The notes beneath the pieces were generated by a model. It had not been told where the DNA came from, did no database searches, and was given only the letters and a program-made list of their open reading frames with translations. A stretch of DNA of 63,927 bases, counting the filler, from Thermoplasmatota archaeon (GTDB lineage: Archaea > Thermoplasmatota > E2 > JACPAO01 > JAHFTW01): NCBI GenBank assembly GCA_041623215.1. It is 6 parts of 6 records of this genome, joined end to end, with 100 filler letters (N's around TTAATTAATTAA, not from the genome) between each part and the next. Parts side by side here need not be neighbours in the genome. Positions count along the whole stretch, not along the records: positions 1 to 10,921 come from JBFJXH010000057.1; positions 11,022 to 21,792 come from JBFJXH010000058.1; 4 more parts are not named here. The stretch is one strand, 5' to 3'. Position numbers and translations under genes: made by a program. Below, piece after piece: positions 7,664-18,252 of this stretch (position 1 is its first letter; each line of letters starts with the position of its first letter).

Positions 7664-10576
7664 CTAGGTCAGGGCAAGGCCTGGCTTGAAGGGTTCAGCG
7701 ACTGCGCGCTTCGGGTGGTCGTCTTGGTCGTCGTCAGCTGAGCGAATGGTGACCTTGGGGACGCCCAATTCCTTGGCGATGAACGCGGCTGCCCCAGACA
7801 GCGATGAAGCTTCATCCGCGTCCAGCAGCGGACGCTGCCATGGTGCCAGTTGTTTGACGGCGCCGGGCAATTTCCCGGCGTACTTTTGCACCGCCTTGCC
7901 GAGCGTCCGCATGCTGTCATCTGCCATGACGTCACCCATGAATTTGCCCATGGGGAATTTGCCAGTTGCTTATCCGTCCAAGGTCACGGCCCGGCGGAGC
8001 AATTCCGCCTTCCACTCGGACGTTGTAAAGACCATGAGCTCGGAAGGCTGCTCCAGGTCAGCTAGTTTTACGACTGTTTTGGCGTCGTCAAGGAATGCCT
8101 TGAGGTACTCTTCCCGGGCCAAAACCGCCGCCGCGCCGTCGGGTTCCTTCAGCGTGGGATAGTCCGCGGTCGCGCAGAGGCCCTGGCCGCCGGCTCGTGC
8201 CCACATTTCTTCGGCGGTGTGTGGCAAGACCGGACACAGGGCCGCGGCCCACGATTGCACGAGCTGTGCAAGGAGCGCGCCGTTGTTGCCGCCGCGCCGT
8301 TCGTACCACCGCAGCAGATCGGGAATTGTGTAGACAAGCTCGGTGGTAGCGGTTCGCAGGTCCATGGATTCCAGGGCGTCGCGGGCGTTGCCGATGGCGC
8401 TTCCCATCGCGGCTTCCAGCCAAGCATCCATCTGAGACGCCTCGCCGTCCGCTGCCAGCACATGGTCCACCATGCGTTGGATGCGGCCCACAGCATCGCG
8501 GTAGCCGCGCACCACGTCGGGGTCCCACTCAATATCTACGTGCGGACTTCCCACGTGGCAATAGTACAGCCGCATGGCGTCAATGCCGTATGCAGCGATG
8601 GCCCCGGGAATCGGTTCGGCCCCGCCCTTGGATTTGCTAATTTTGGCACCGGCTTGCTGCGTCACCCACCAATTGACGAAGATGCCACGGGGCCATTGCG
8701 CCGGGTCGTCCATCAAGCCCACCATGTTCATGATGTACACGGGGAAGTGGACCGTTTGGTGCTCCTTGCCGCCGAGGTTGATGTCCACCGGACCCCAATA
8801 CTGGACGTCGGCCCGGACCGCTTCCCAGACGTCCGCCTTCGCACCCGCCGATGCTGGCGGTGAGCCGTCGGCCGCGGCGCCTCGCCCATTGAAGACATAG
8901 TCGAAGAACGCGTCCGTCAGGTCCTCGGGTGCGAGGTCCCCCTTGGCGACGTAGAGGCTCACCAAGTAATACCAAGGATAGAACGTGGAATCGGCAATCG
9001 GCTCAATAATCCAATCGGGCTTGAAGGGGAAGGGCGTGCCCAGCCATGCACCACGGCGCACACAAGCGCGGTCGCCAAACCAATCGAGGGTATCTGCGAT
9101 GGTGTCCGCGTAACGCTGCGGCTGGATGGTCATGGAGGCCGCGTGCTCCTTGGCTCGTGCGGTCCACTCCTCGTCGGCGTAGTGAATGAAATCTTGGTCA
9201 GGGATGCGGCGCACATCAACCACTTCACCCGCACGACTCACCACGGGCTCGCTGAATTGCCGAATGATGCGACCGTCGTCGGCGTCGATGAAGCGTGTCC
9301 GCAGGTCGTCCTTGGCAGCCTTGACACGCTCGCCGGCAAGGTTGCCGCAGGCGTCGTTGAAGATGCCCTTGTTGAATTCGTCGCGGTAGATTTGGTCCGT
9401 GGCAGCTTCCAGGGCTTCGCGGTCGCCTTGGCTCTTGACGCCGTGCTGGTCGCAGGCGACGCGGGCGGGAAGGTCGTCGTAGCCCTCGATGCTGATGATT
9501 TGCGGCGGGGTGCCCAGTTCTTCCAGCAGGCCCGCGTCCCGGTAGGCGGCGTAGTCAAAGGGTGCGTGCGCTGGGACCGACATGACAATCCCGGTGGCAA
9601 TCATCGGGTCCACGAAGGTGCCCTGGACGACACGGACTTGGTGGCCGGTCACCGGTGCGGTGGCGACGAGATCAAGGAGTTGCTTGCCGTTCACGACGGT
9701 GCCTGTGGCCTCGGCGCGCTCCATTTGCCATTCTAGTTTGATGCGTCCTTGCTGGCTGACGACCCACAGTTCTGACGGGTCGTCGTCGGCTACGGCGCCA
9801 TCACGCCAGACGCGGACCAATTCGTAGTCGTGGTCTGGGTGCGCCCACAGGTTGGTGACGCCGTAGATGGTCTCGGGGCGAAGCGTCGCACAGGGCAGGA
9901 TGACGGGGGTGCCGTCGGTGAGCATGGCCGTGAACCGTAGTGCGATGAATTCGTTAATTTCGGCCGCGCCGCCGCTCTTGATGTCGGTCTCCGACTTGTC
10001 CACCGCCACGGGTCCGGCGACCGGGCAAAACGGTGCATAGTGAGGCTTCTGGATGAGCCAGCCGTGGTCATTGAGACGCCGGAATTGCCACTGGATGAAC
10101 GCCTGGTAACCGGGGTCAATGGTGGTTGCGTTACGCCGGTCGTCAATGAGGAACCCAAAGCGCTTCCAATAGTCGTGCGTGTAGACGTGGGCGAAGTAAT
10201 CGACGACCGCCTGTGGGTCTTTGAGGCGCGCGATCGGGCCGTCGCGCCCCTCGTCGTAGCCATTGGCGAGCAGGTAATCCGTCTTCTCGCCCCGTTCCAC
10301 TTCTTTGGCGAAGGCAACGGCCGGGATGCCGGATGCGTGGAAGCCAGCTGGGAACAGGACATTGTAGCCGGTTTGCCGCTTGAATCGGGTCAACACATCG
10401 GCGTAGGTGAAGCCGCGCATGTGTCCCACGTGCAGGTAGCCGCTGATGCCCGGGTAGGCGAAGTGAAGGAAGTAGGTGGGTTTGGACCGGTCCCCTGCTT
10501 CGGCATGGTGCAGGCGCTGCTCCCACCAGGCGGCTTGCCACTTGGCGGCGATGGCATCGTTGTCCCACTCGGGCAT
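7664..10576 (-). CDS. leuS: Archaeal-type leucyl-tRNA synthetase, interrupted by an in-frame TAA at 7970-7972
   Basis: AYPGISGYLHVGH (HIGH), CATLRPETIYG and GIVMSVPAHAPFD (editing domain), KISKSKG (KMSKS). The same frame continues after TAA to the archaeal C-terminus KRAVAEPFKPGLALT. Confidence 0.92.
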
Positions 10577-10712
10577 GATGACGGGCCGACCCTGGAGGGT
10601 CGTTTGAAGGGTTCGACCAGCCCTGCCGTGCCGCATGGCGCCGGGTTGGCCCCGTTTGGCGCGTTTGCGGGCAGAAGAACACTTCAAGACAAGGCCCGGG
10701 CTAGCCTTGCTC

Positions 10713-10921
10713 GTGGACGCCGCGCCCATCATCGAGCATTACCAAGCACGAGGCTACAAGGTGCTGGAAAACGAGCGTGTGCGCGACGACGATGGCACCA
10801 TCCACCACGTGGATTTGCTGGTGCAGGGTCGACTTGGAACGTTGGTGGTTGCCTTGGAGGACGAGGGGGGCTTCGAGGGCCCGGAAATGGGTAGCATCAA
10901 GCGCATTGGCCGCGCCTTGGG
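10713..10921 (+). CDS. Mrr/PD-(D/E)xK-like restriction-endonuclease-fold protein, truncated by contig end
   Basis: HYQARGYKVLENERVRDDDGTIHHVDLLV resembles the N-terminus of Mrr_cat domains. TTCAAG box at 10683-10688. Confidence 0.45.
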
Positions 10922-11021
10922 NNNNNNNNNNNNNNNNNNNNNNNNNNNNNNNNNNNNNNNNNNNNTTAATTAATTAANNNNNNNNNNNNNNNNNNNNNNN
11001 NNNNNNNNNNNNNNNNNNNNN
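10922..11021. other. Artificial contig linker (N44-TTAATTAATTAA-N44)
   Basis: 100-nt spacer with stops in all six frames; five identical copies in the window. Confidence 0.99.
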
Positions 11022-14000
11022 GCAATGTAATCGGCGACGGCGCGAAGCGTCGGGTAGTCCTTGATTTGCAAGCCATCCTGAAGCGGCACCTCATACGCCT
11101 CGCGAATCAAACCAAACAACTCCGCCTGCTTCACCGTATCAATCCCCAAATCCGCCTCCATGTCCAAATCAGGCTCCAGCAACTCTACCGGGTAGCCGGT
11201 CTTTTCGGCGACCAGTTTTGTCAATTGGGCGAGGACCGCGTCCGAATCCACGGCAGCGGCTGGCTCGGCGGTTGGTGCAGCTACGGGCGGCGAGGCGACA
11301 GCTTCCTCAATCGGAGATGGCGTTAGCGCTGAGTCAGACTCGACTTGGGCGACGGCGGGCGGCGGCTCGACATCGATCGTTTCAGCGCGGGCCCGCAGTT
11401 GGCGGTTTTCGACGAACAGGGCGGCTCGATTGGCGTTGACGGTGCTTCCAAGCCAAGCCTCGTATTGCATAGCATCGGCGACGCGTTCATTCTCACGGGC
11501 AACCAACTGCGTTAGCGTCATGGCGACTTGACTTCCGAAGCCCGCTGCCAAACGAACGGCATAACGAACATCCACCTCACCGCCATCGCTCAGACGGAGA
11601 TTGCCAAGCTCAGGGTCGGCATCACGGAAGTTGGCAATCGGGGGCGCCCGTCCACGTTGCAGACACTTGAGGGCGATGGCGTCCTCAACCCCGGCACCTT
11701 GCGGGTGTCCCGTGAAACCCTTGGTGTTGGCAATCGTTACCTGGTCAGCTGCGTCTCCAAATGCCTGGCGCAAGGCAGCGATTTCAGCCGAGGCACTTCC
11801 GCCTCGAGCCGGCGTGTAGGTTTCATGGCTCATGAAGAGGGTTTCACCGGCAATGGCGGCCGGGTCAAGTCCACTGGCTTGCACAAGCGCTCGCATCTCG
11901 GCCGCAATGTGAGCCACATCCAAACGGCTACCGTGGAAGGCAGAATTACTGATGCGTGTGGCCAACAGCCGTGCGATGGGCCGCATGCCCCGACTCGTGA
12001 TGCTTGCCTCATCCTCAACGACCAAGCCGACGGCCCCCATCCCCACAATCATTCCGTGGCGGCGTCGGTCAAACGGCAACGCTGCTTCGGCCACATCTTC
12101 CTTGGTCGTTGCAGCGCCAGCGGCTAGGAAACCTGCACCAATCCACTCAAAGAGGGCGTCGCTCGTTACATCGTCGGCGCCAATGACCACCACGCGGCGA
12201 GCTCGCCCGGTACGAATCCAATCCTCGGCGATGCCGATGGCTTGCGTCGTGCTAGCGCAGGCAGCGTTAACCTGCGTGTTAGGGCCACGCGCGCCAATGA
12301 ATTGCGCAAATTGCGAATGGCCCATGCTGAGAATGTGGAACAAGAAGCGGCGGTCAAACTCGCCGCCTGCCCGAATACGTTCGACCTCACGTAGAAGAGC
12401 GTCGTGGCCGGGAAACGCACTGGCAAAGATAATCCCCGTGTCATCCCGCATCGATGCAGGAAGCATCCAAGGACCTGGAAGGCGACTTCCCGTGCTGGTT
12501 GTCTTCCAAGTCTGAACTAGGGGAATCCCGGCGTCGCGGAGCGCTTCCAGACCGGCCGCCATGGCGTACTGGGTCGTTCGATCGAGCGTTTCAGTCAAGC
12601 CGGATGGAATACCAAACTCGGCTGCGTCAAACGAGCCGGCTTGCCCGGCCAGCCGGATTACTTGATCCGTTGCCGTAATTGCCTCAAAGTCTGCTGAACC
12701 GTCGTCGCCCTTGCGAAGCCGCGTGATTTTCTTGCCGACAAGTCGCGCGCGCGTGCTCTCGTCAACCGCATCGATAAGGTTCTCACCCGCCAAAATTCGG
12801 TCGAAGTTGTCGGGGTCAAATACTGACTTGTTGCGGCCGGGAAGCCCCACACTCACGCCACTCACAGCGACCGAAACGCGCTCCGGTACAGCCGCCTCAA
12901 GTGGCCGCCCTCCGGCATGGGCCGGCATGGAAATCGGGCGCGAATTGCCTGCTCCCGGACGGTTATCCGGCCGCATGAACGCCGCTCTGGGATCCAGATG
13001 TTCAGCAGTATAAACGGCCCCGTCTTGCAGGCTTGGCAATTGGGGCTCATAGCCCCATGCTCCCAGGAAAGCAAACAATTCGTTGACGTGTGTGATGCCA
13101 CCCTTTTTGGGATGATTGCTGGCGATGGCTACGCTGCCGCCTTTGCCCTGCAGGATGTCGTTGGCAAATCCGGTAAGGGCCTTCTTGGGACCAACTTCAA
13201 TGAAGGTTCGAACACCATCCTCGAACATTTTCTCCACGATGCCAATCCATTCAACGGGCGAGGCCACCTGCTTCGCTAAGTTGTCGCGAATCGCTTCCGG
13301 GTCATCGGGATAATCTGCGGCACCCACATTGCTGATTACCCGAACACTGGGAGGTTGGACGTTCAAGCGGCCTAGAACACGGCGCAGCGGTTCACTGGCG
13401 GGAGCGACGATGCTTGAATGGAATGCCGCTGAAACGGGCAGTTCAACAACCGAGAGGCCGCGCGACTCACAAGCTGACATCGCCTTGATGACGGCTTCGC
13501 TGGCGCCGGCAATGACGGTCTGGCTGGGGCAATTCTTGTTGGCGGGAATAACGTAGCCATCCACGTTGGCAATGGCGTCTTGCACCGTTTGCCAATCCGC
13601 AGAGACGCTTGCCATCTTGCCGAGATCGGGTACGTCCACGCCAGCCATCTCGCGGCCCCGCGCCGCCACCGCATGCAGCGCGTCTTCGAAGCTGAGGACC
13701 TCCGCCGCCACGAGCGCACCGTATTCACCCAGGCTGTGCCCAGCGACCACATCAGGCTGGATGCCCCATTGGCGGAGCAACCGAAGCAGGGCAACATCCG
13801 CCGCCAACACGGCCGGCTGCGTAAATTCTGTCAGTCGCAATTTTTCTTCCGCGGCCTTGCGCGTGTCGGGTGTGTCCGGCGTTGGCCAGATGACATCCGT
13901 CAATTTGCAGCCAATTTCGGATTCCAAGACGCGATCGGCCTCGCGGAAGGTTTCCGCAACCACCCGGTATTTGGCCGCCAAATCCCGGCACATGCCAACA

Positions 14001-15913
14001 TACTGAGTGCCTTGGCCGGGGAAGAGAAACGCCACCTTGCCCTTGGGCTTACCTTGGCCCAAGAAGACACCCTGATTGAACGCGAGGCGCCCCGCTCCCT
14101 TGGGGTCCGCCATGGCACGTTCGGCAAGTGCCAGGCGCTTGGGCACGTCTGCAGGATCGGCGACTTCGAAGCCCACCCGCTGCTCGGCAAGAACGCCGTG
14201 GGCAGTGACACCGTGCAGACGGTCACGAAGGCGGGGTCCTTCGCCATTGGCTGCAAAGGATACGGCCCCAAGTTCCGCGCCTACACCGGGCGCATCGAGC
14301 GCCGAAGCCACCAGTGGCTCTGCTTCCAGCATGGCGCCACCGGCGGCCATGTGTGCGGCAAACGCTCCTTGGTCAAACGTAGCAGCGCCTGCTTCTACCG
14401 GGATAGCGGCCGCTTCGACTTCGCCTGCCAAAGCAAGGTCATCCGGCATGGCATTGGTGGCTTCCTCCAGCACTACGTGGAAGTTTGTGCCGCCAAATCC
14501 GAAGGACGATACGGCTGCACGGCGCGGGTGATGGGGCGGGCGGGGGAACTCTTGCACTTCCCGGGCGACGGTGAAGGGCGCTGTATCCCATTGGATGCGT
14601 GGATTGAGCGTTTCGACGTTCAGGCTCGGGGGAATTCGTCCATGCTTCAAGCAAAGGGCGGTCTTCAGGACGCCGGCCGCACCTGCGGCAGCCTTGAGGT
14701 GGCCAATGTTGCTCTTGACGGAACCGACCGCAATGCTACCCGGTGCAGCGCTTGCTTGTGCATCGACAAAAGCGGCCGCCACCGACTCCAGTTCTGTTGG
14801 GTCCCCAACCGGGGTGCTTGTTCCATGCGCTTCGAGGTAACCGATGGTTGCCGGGTCAATGCCGGCTGCTTCGTACGCGCGACGCACGGCCTTGACCTGC
14901 CCCGCCGGATTGGGCGCTGTAATTCCCTTGCCCTTGCCATCACTGCTGGCGCCGATGCCGCGAATCGTGGCATACACTTGGTCACCGTTGGCTAGGGCAT
15001 CCGACAAGCGCTTGAGGACGAACATGGCACAGCCTTCGCCCATGACAAAACCATTGGCGGCCGCATCAAAGGGCCGCGAGCCGTCCGGGGACAACGCTCC
15101 AATCTTGCTGAATTGGATGTAAGCCGTTACGTCCATGGAACGGTCACTACCGCCCCAGACGACCACATCGTTTTCGCCCCGGCGCAAGGTATCCACGGCA
15201 GCATCAAGGGCGGCCAAGCTGCTAGCGCAAGCTGCGTCGGTCGTGAAGTTCTTGCCGCCGAGGTCGAACGCGTTGGCAATGCGCCCGGCGGCCACATTGC
15301 TCAGATGCCCAGGCATGGTGTCTTCGGTGACTGGATTTGTGTTTGCCTTGAACGTCGTCTCCACGCGTTCGAGAACGGCGTCCCGACGCGAGTCCGGCAG
15401 GGCCTGGAAATCGGGGTCCGCCCGCAAGGCGGCTGCGACTTCGGGCCAGTAGAGACGCTTGCTCACGGCTTTTTGGATTTCTCCACCCATCGCGTTTCCG
15501 AGGATGACGGCGCAGCGATCACGGTCGAAGGCCGCGCCATCGTCGCCCCGTAGTCCTGTTGCCAGCCCCGCGTCCAGCAATGCCTGCCGGGTGGCCGATA
15601 GCGCCCAGCGCTGGCTAGCATCCACCTGATTGACCACGTTGGGTGGCATGCGATAGGCCAAGCCGTCGAAGGCATCATCCATGACGAAAGCCCCAATCTT
15701 GGCGTACGTCTTGTCGGCTGCCTTACGGTCGTCCGACCAAAACAAGTCGGGGTCCCAGCGGTCCTTGGGCACCTCGCGGATGCTCGAGCGGCCGGCGAGC
15801 AGGTTGTTCCAAAAGGTGGCAACATCGGGTGCATCAGGCAAGACACAGCCGGCGCCGACGATGGCAATGGGTTCGTTCGGATGCGAGCGGGGGGACGGAG
15901 TCATAGTGGACAT
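11022..15913 (-). CDS. Type I polyketide/fatty-acid synthase (KS-AT-KS-ACP...), 3'-truncated at contig end
   Basis: KS1 about 15875-14460 (DAACASS, EAHGTST, KSNIGHL, SSFGFGGTN). AT about 14040-13060 (FPGQG, GHSLG, SAAFHS). KS2 about 12880-11510 (NAACAST, SHETYT, TKGFTGH, GFGS). Pro/Ala/Glu linker, then ACP about 11245-11022 (KTGYP, DLGIDTVKQ). Confidence 0.93.
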
Positions 15914-16011
15914 GGTATCCAGGGTGCGGTTGGCGGAATCGGAAAGAGGCAGGGGAAGGTGGAACAGGTAAGGGCAGTCTGGCGACGGCCAGCGAGACCA
16001 GCTTGATGCGG

Positions 16012-17715
16012 CTACAGGGGCGTGAGCCCGTGCTTTTTCTCCGGACGTGTCTCCCGCTTGTTGAGAGCGGGAAGCAGCGCGGCGATGAGGCGCGGGCGGG
16101 TTTCGCGAGGCTCGATGATATCGTCAATCCACCCTCGTTCTGCTGCCACGTAGGGGTTGTTGAAGGCCTCCTGGTATTCCTGCGTGAACGCCTCCTTGAG
16201 GCGAGCCGCTTCTTCGGGGTCGTCCTCCGCCAGGGCCGCCAGCTTGCGCTTGTGAATGATTTCCACGGCGCCACTTGCACCCATGACGGCGATTTCGGCG
16301 GCAGGCCAGCTGAGATTGCAGTCGGTGCCCACGTGCTTCGAGCCCATGACGATGTAGGCGCCGCCGTAGGACTTGCGTAGCACGACGCTCAGTTTGGGCA
16401 CGGTCGCCTCGCAATAGGCATACAGCAATTTGGCGCCGTTGCGGATGATGCCGCCATGTTCTTGGCCAAGTCCCGGCAGGAATCCAGGCACGTCTACGAA
16501 GCTGATGATGGGGATGTTGAAGGCATCACAGAAGCGAATGAATTTGGCGCCCTTGATGCTGGCTTCGATGTCCAAGGCGCCGGCGAGGACGGCGGGTTGG
16601 TTGGCGACAATTCCAACTGGGACACCGGCCATGCGGCCAAAGCCCACGACGAGGTTTTGGGCCCAGCGCGGTTGCACCTCGAAGAAGCTTCCCACATCCA
16701 CCACGTGATCCACGACGTCCCGAACATCGTACGGCTTTCCTGGGTCGGATGGAACCAGGGTGTCCAATTCGGGGTCGCGGCGGTCAGCCGGGTCTTCGGC
16801 CTCGACGATTGGCAATTCGCCGAGATTGTTGCTGGGCAAGTAGCTCAGCAATTTCCGAATAAGGGCGATGGAGCCATCCTCATCCAGACCACTGAAACTT
16901 GCCACGCCAGACTTGATTTCATGCACCGTTGCCCCGCCCAGCTCTTCCTGGGTTGCCTCTTCCCCGGTGACCGTTTTGACCACGTCGGGGCCAGTGACGA
17001 ACATGTGGCTCGTCTTGTCTGTCATGATGACGAAGTCGGTCAGCGCAGGCGAATAGACGGCGCCGCCGGCGCTGGGGCCGACAATGACGGAGATTTGCGG
17101 AACTACGCCGCTTGCTTCGACATTCTTGAAGAAAATGTCCCCATACCCGGCAAGACTGGCAACGCCCTCTTGGATCCGCGCGCCGCCCGAGTCATTGAAG
17201 CCTATGACGGGGGCCCCCATTTGCATGGCCTGCTTGAGTGTCTTGGCAATCTTTTGGCCGGTTGCGTGGCCCAGGCTGCCACCAAGCACCGTGAAGTCTT
17301 GCGAATAAACGAACACGAGGCGACCGTCAATGGTGCCGTGGCCGCATACCACGCCGTCGCCGTCAAACCGATTCTTGTCGAGTCCAAACGTGGTCGCTTG
17401 GGTCCGCACGAACGGGTCCATCTCAACGAAGGTCCCTGCATCTAGGAGAAGTTCGATGCGTTCTCGTGCCGTGTACTTGCCTTTGGCATGTTGGGATTCG
17501 ATGCGCTTGGCGCCACCGCCTTGCAGGGCCTTGGCCTTGCGCTCGCGAAGCGCGTCGATGGCACTCGCGCTCCCACTTGCCCCTGCATCGTGGTTTGGCT
17601 GCGTGTCGTCCGCTCTACCGCGCAGGCTGTCAGGTTGGAGGACCACTGGTTCAGAGGCCCCGTTACTGGCCGCCGATTCGTCCGCGCTGGGCGAGGCGGG
17701 CGTGGTTGGACTCAT
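16012..17715 (-). CDS. Acyl-CoA carboxylase carboxyltransferase subunit (PccB/AccD family)
   Basis: GKYTARERI, QDFTVLGGSLG, DSGGARIQEG, DVPGFLPG, RKSYGGAY, KKHG C-terminus. Confidence 0.95.
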   Translation of the reverse strand: MSPTTPASPSADESAASNGASEPVVLQPDSLRGRADDTQPNHDAGASGSASAIDALRERKAKALQGGGAKRIESQHAKGKYTARERIELLLDAGTFVEMDPFVRTQATTFGLDKNRFDGDGVVCGHGTIDGRLVFVYSQDFTVLGGSLGHATGQKIAKTLKQAMQMGAPVIGFNDSGGARIQEGVASLAGYGDIFFKNVEASGVVPQISVIVGPSAGGAVYSPALTDFVIMTDKTSHMFVTGPDVVKTVTGEEATQEELGGATVHEIKSGVASFSGLDEDGSIALIRKLLSYLPSNNLGELPIVEAEDPADRRDPELDTLVPSDPGKPYDVRDVVDHVVDVGSFFEVQPRWAQNLVVGFGRMAGVPVGIVANQPAVLAGALDIEASIKGAKFIRFCDAFNIPIISFVDVPGFLPGLGQEHGGIIRNGAKLLYAYCEATVPKLSVVLRKSYGGAYIVMGSKHVGTDCNLSWPAAEIAVMGASGAVEIIHKRKLAALAEDDPEEAARLKEAFTQEYQEAFNNPYVAAERGWIDDIIEPRETRPRLIAALLPALNKRETRPEKKHGLTPL

Positions 17716-17739
17716 GGGTTTGGCCCGGCTAAGGCGCTA

Positions 17740-17850
17740 CTTGAACCTTATCTTGACAAGGGGGGCGCAGCGTCGGCTCACCGCGAGATAGATTTCGGCG
17801 TTTGACGAGGGTTTGCCTTGACGTATCAGATTGACTCGAACATGTCAAGG
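17740..17850 (-). promoter_or_regulatory. Promoter region of the carboxyltransferase-PKS unit: TTCAAG box plus clustered TTGAC/GTCAA half-sites
   Basis: Minus-strand TTCAAG at 17740-17745 (25-30 nt before ATG 17715). TTGAC at 17753, 17802, 17818 and 17831; GTCAA at 17844. Confidence 0.45.
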
Positions 17851-17889
17851 GTCGATGGTGGGCCGGGGTGACGCCAGAAGGCGGCCCGG

Positions 17890-18252
17890 TCAGCGAGCCA
17901 ACAGCACAACGCCCAGGACAATCAGGGCCGCCCCGGCAAGTTTGGGCGCCGTCATTGCCTCGCCGAACCACAAGGCGCTGGCAACGAAGACCAGCACCAG
18001 CCCCAAGCTCGTCATGGTGGGATAGGCCACTGATAGTTGGATGCGCGTCAGGGCGAAGCTGTAGAACGCGAGGGCCAGCGCGAAGCTGACGATGCCCGCT
18101 ACTAGCCACCCGTCCGTGTAAAGCCGGGCGAGGCTACGGGCCGTGGCTACGCCATCGCCGTTTCTGGCAGCGACCTTGAGCAGGATGTTGGCCGTGGCGT
18201 TCAGGACTAAGCCAACGCCCAAGCTCCCCCAATGGAGGACCCCCGCCTGCAT
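17890..18252 (-). CDS. SMR/EamA (DMT) small membrane protein, candidate lipid-phospho-sugar flippase
   Basis: 4 TM, ANILLK, LSVAYP and FGE motifs. ATG overlaps the upstream TGA (TGATG), with GGAGGT before it. Confidence 0.8.
   Translation of the reverse strand: MQAGVLHWGSLGVGLVLNATANILLKVAARNGDGVATARSLARLYTDGWLVAGIVSFALALAFYSFALTRIQLSVAYPTMTSLGLVLVFVASALWFGEAMTAPKLAGAALIVLGVVLLAR

Noticed and set aside
7970..7972. Genome-wide TAA reassignment as an explanation of the leuS stop
   Set aside because: TAA terminates other genes at their expected ends (e.g. 5150-5152, 27151-27153, 57137-57139), and no other internal TAA was seen.
10713..10921. Restriction/defence system
   Set aside because: Only about 70 codons are visible, there is no clear (D/E)xK and no methylase nearby; insufficient evidence.
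11510..12880. Second KS as an inactive chain-length factor
   Set aside because: It retains the Cys and both His positions.
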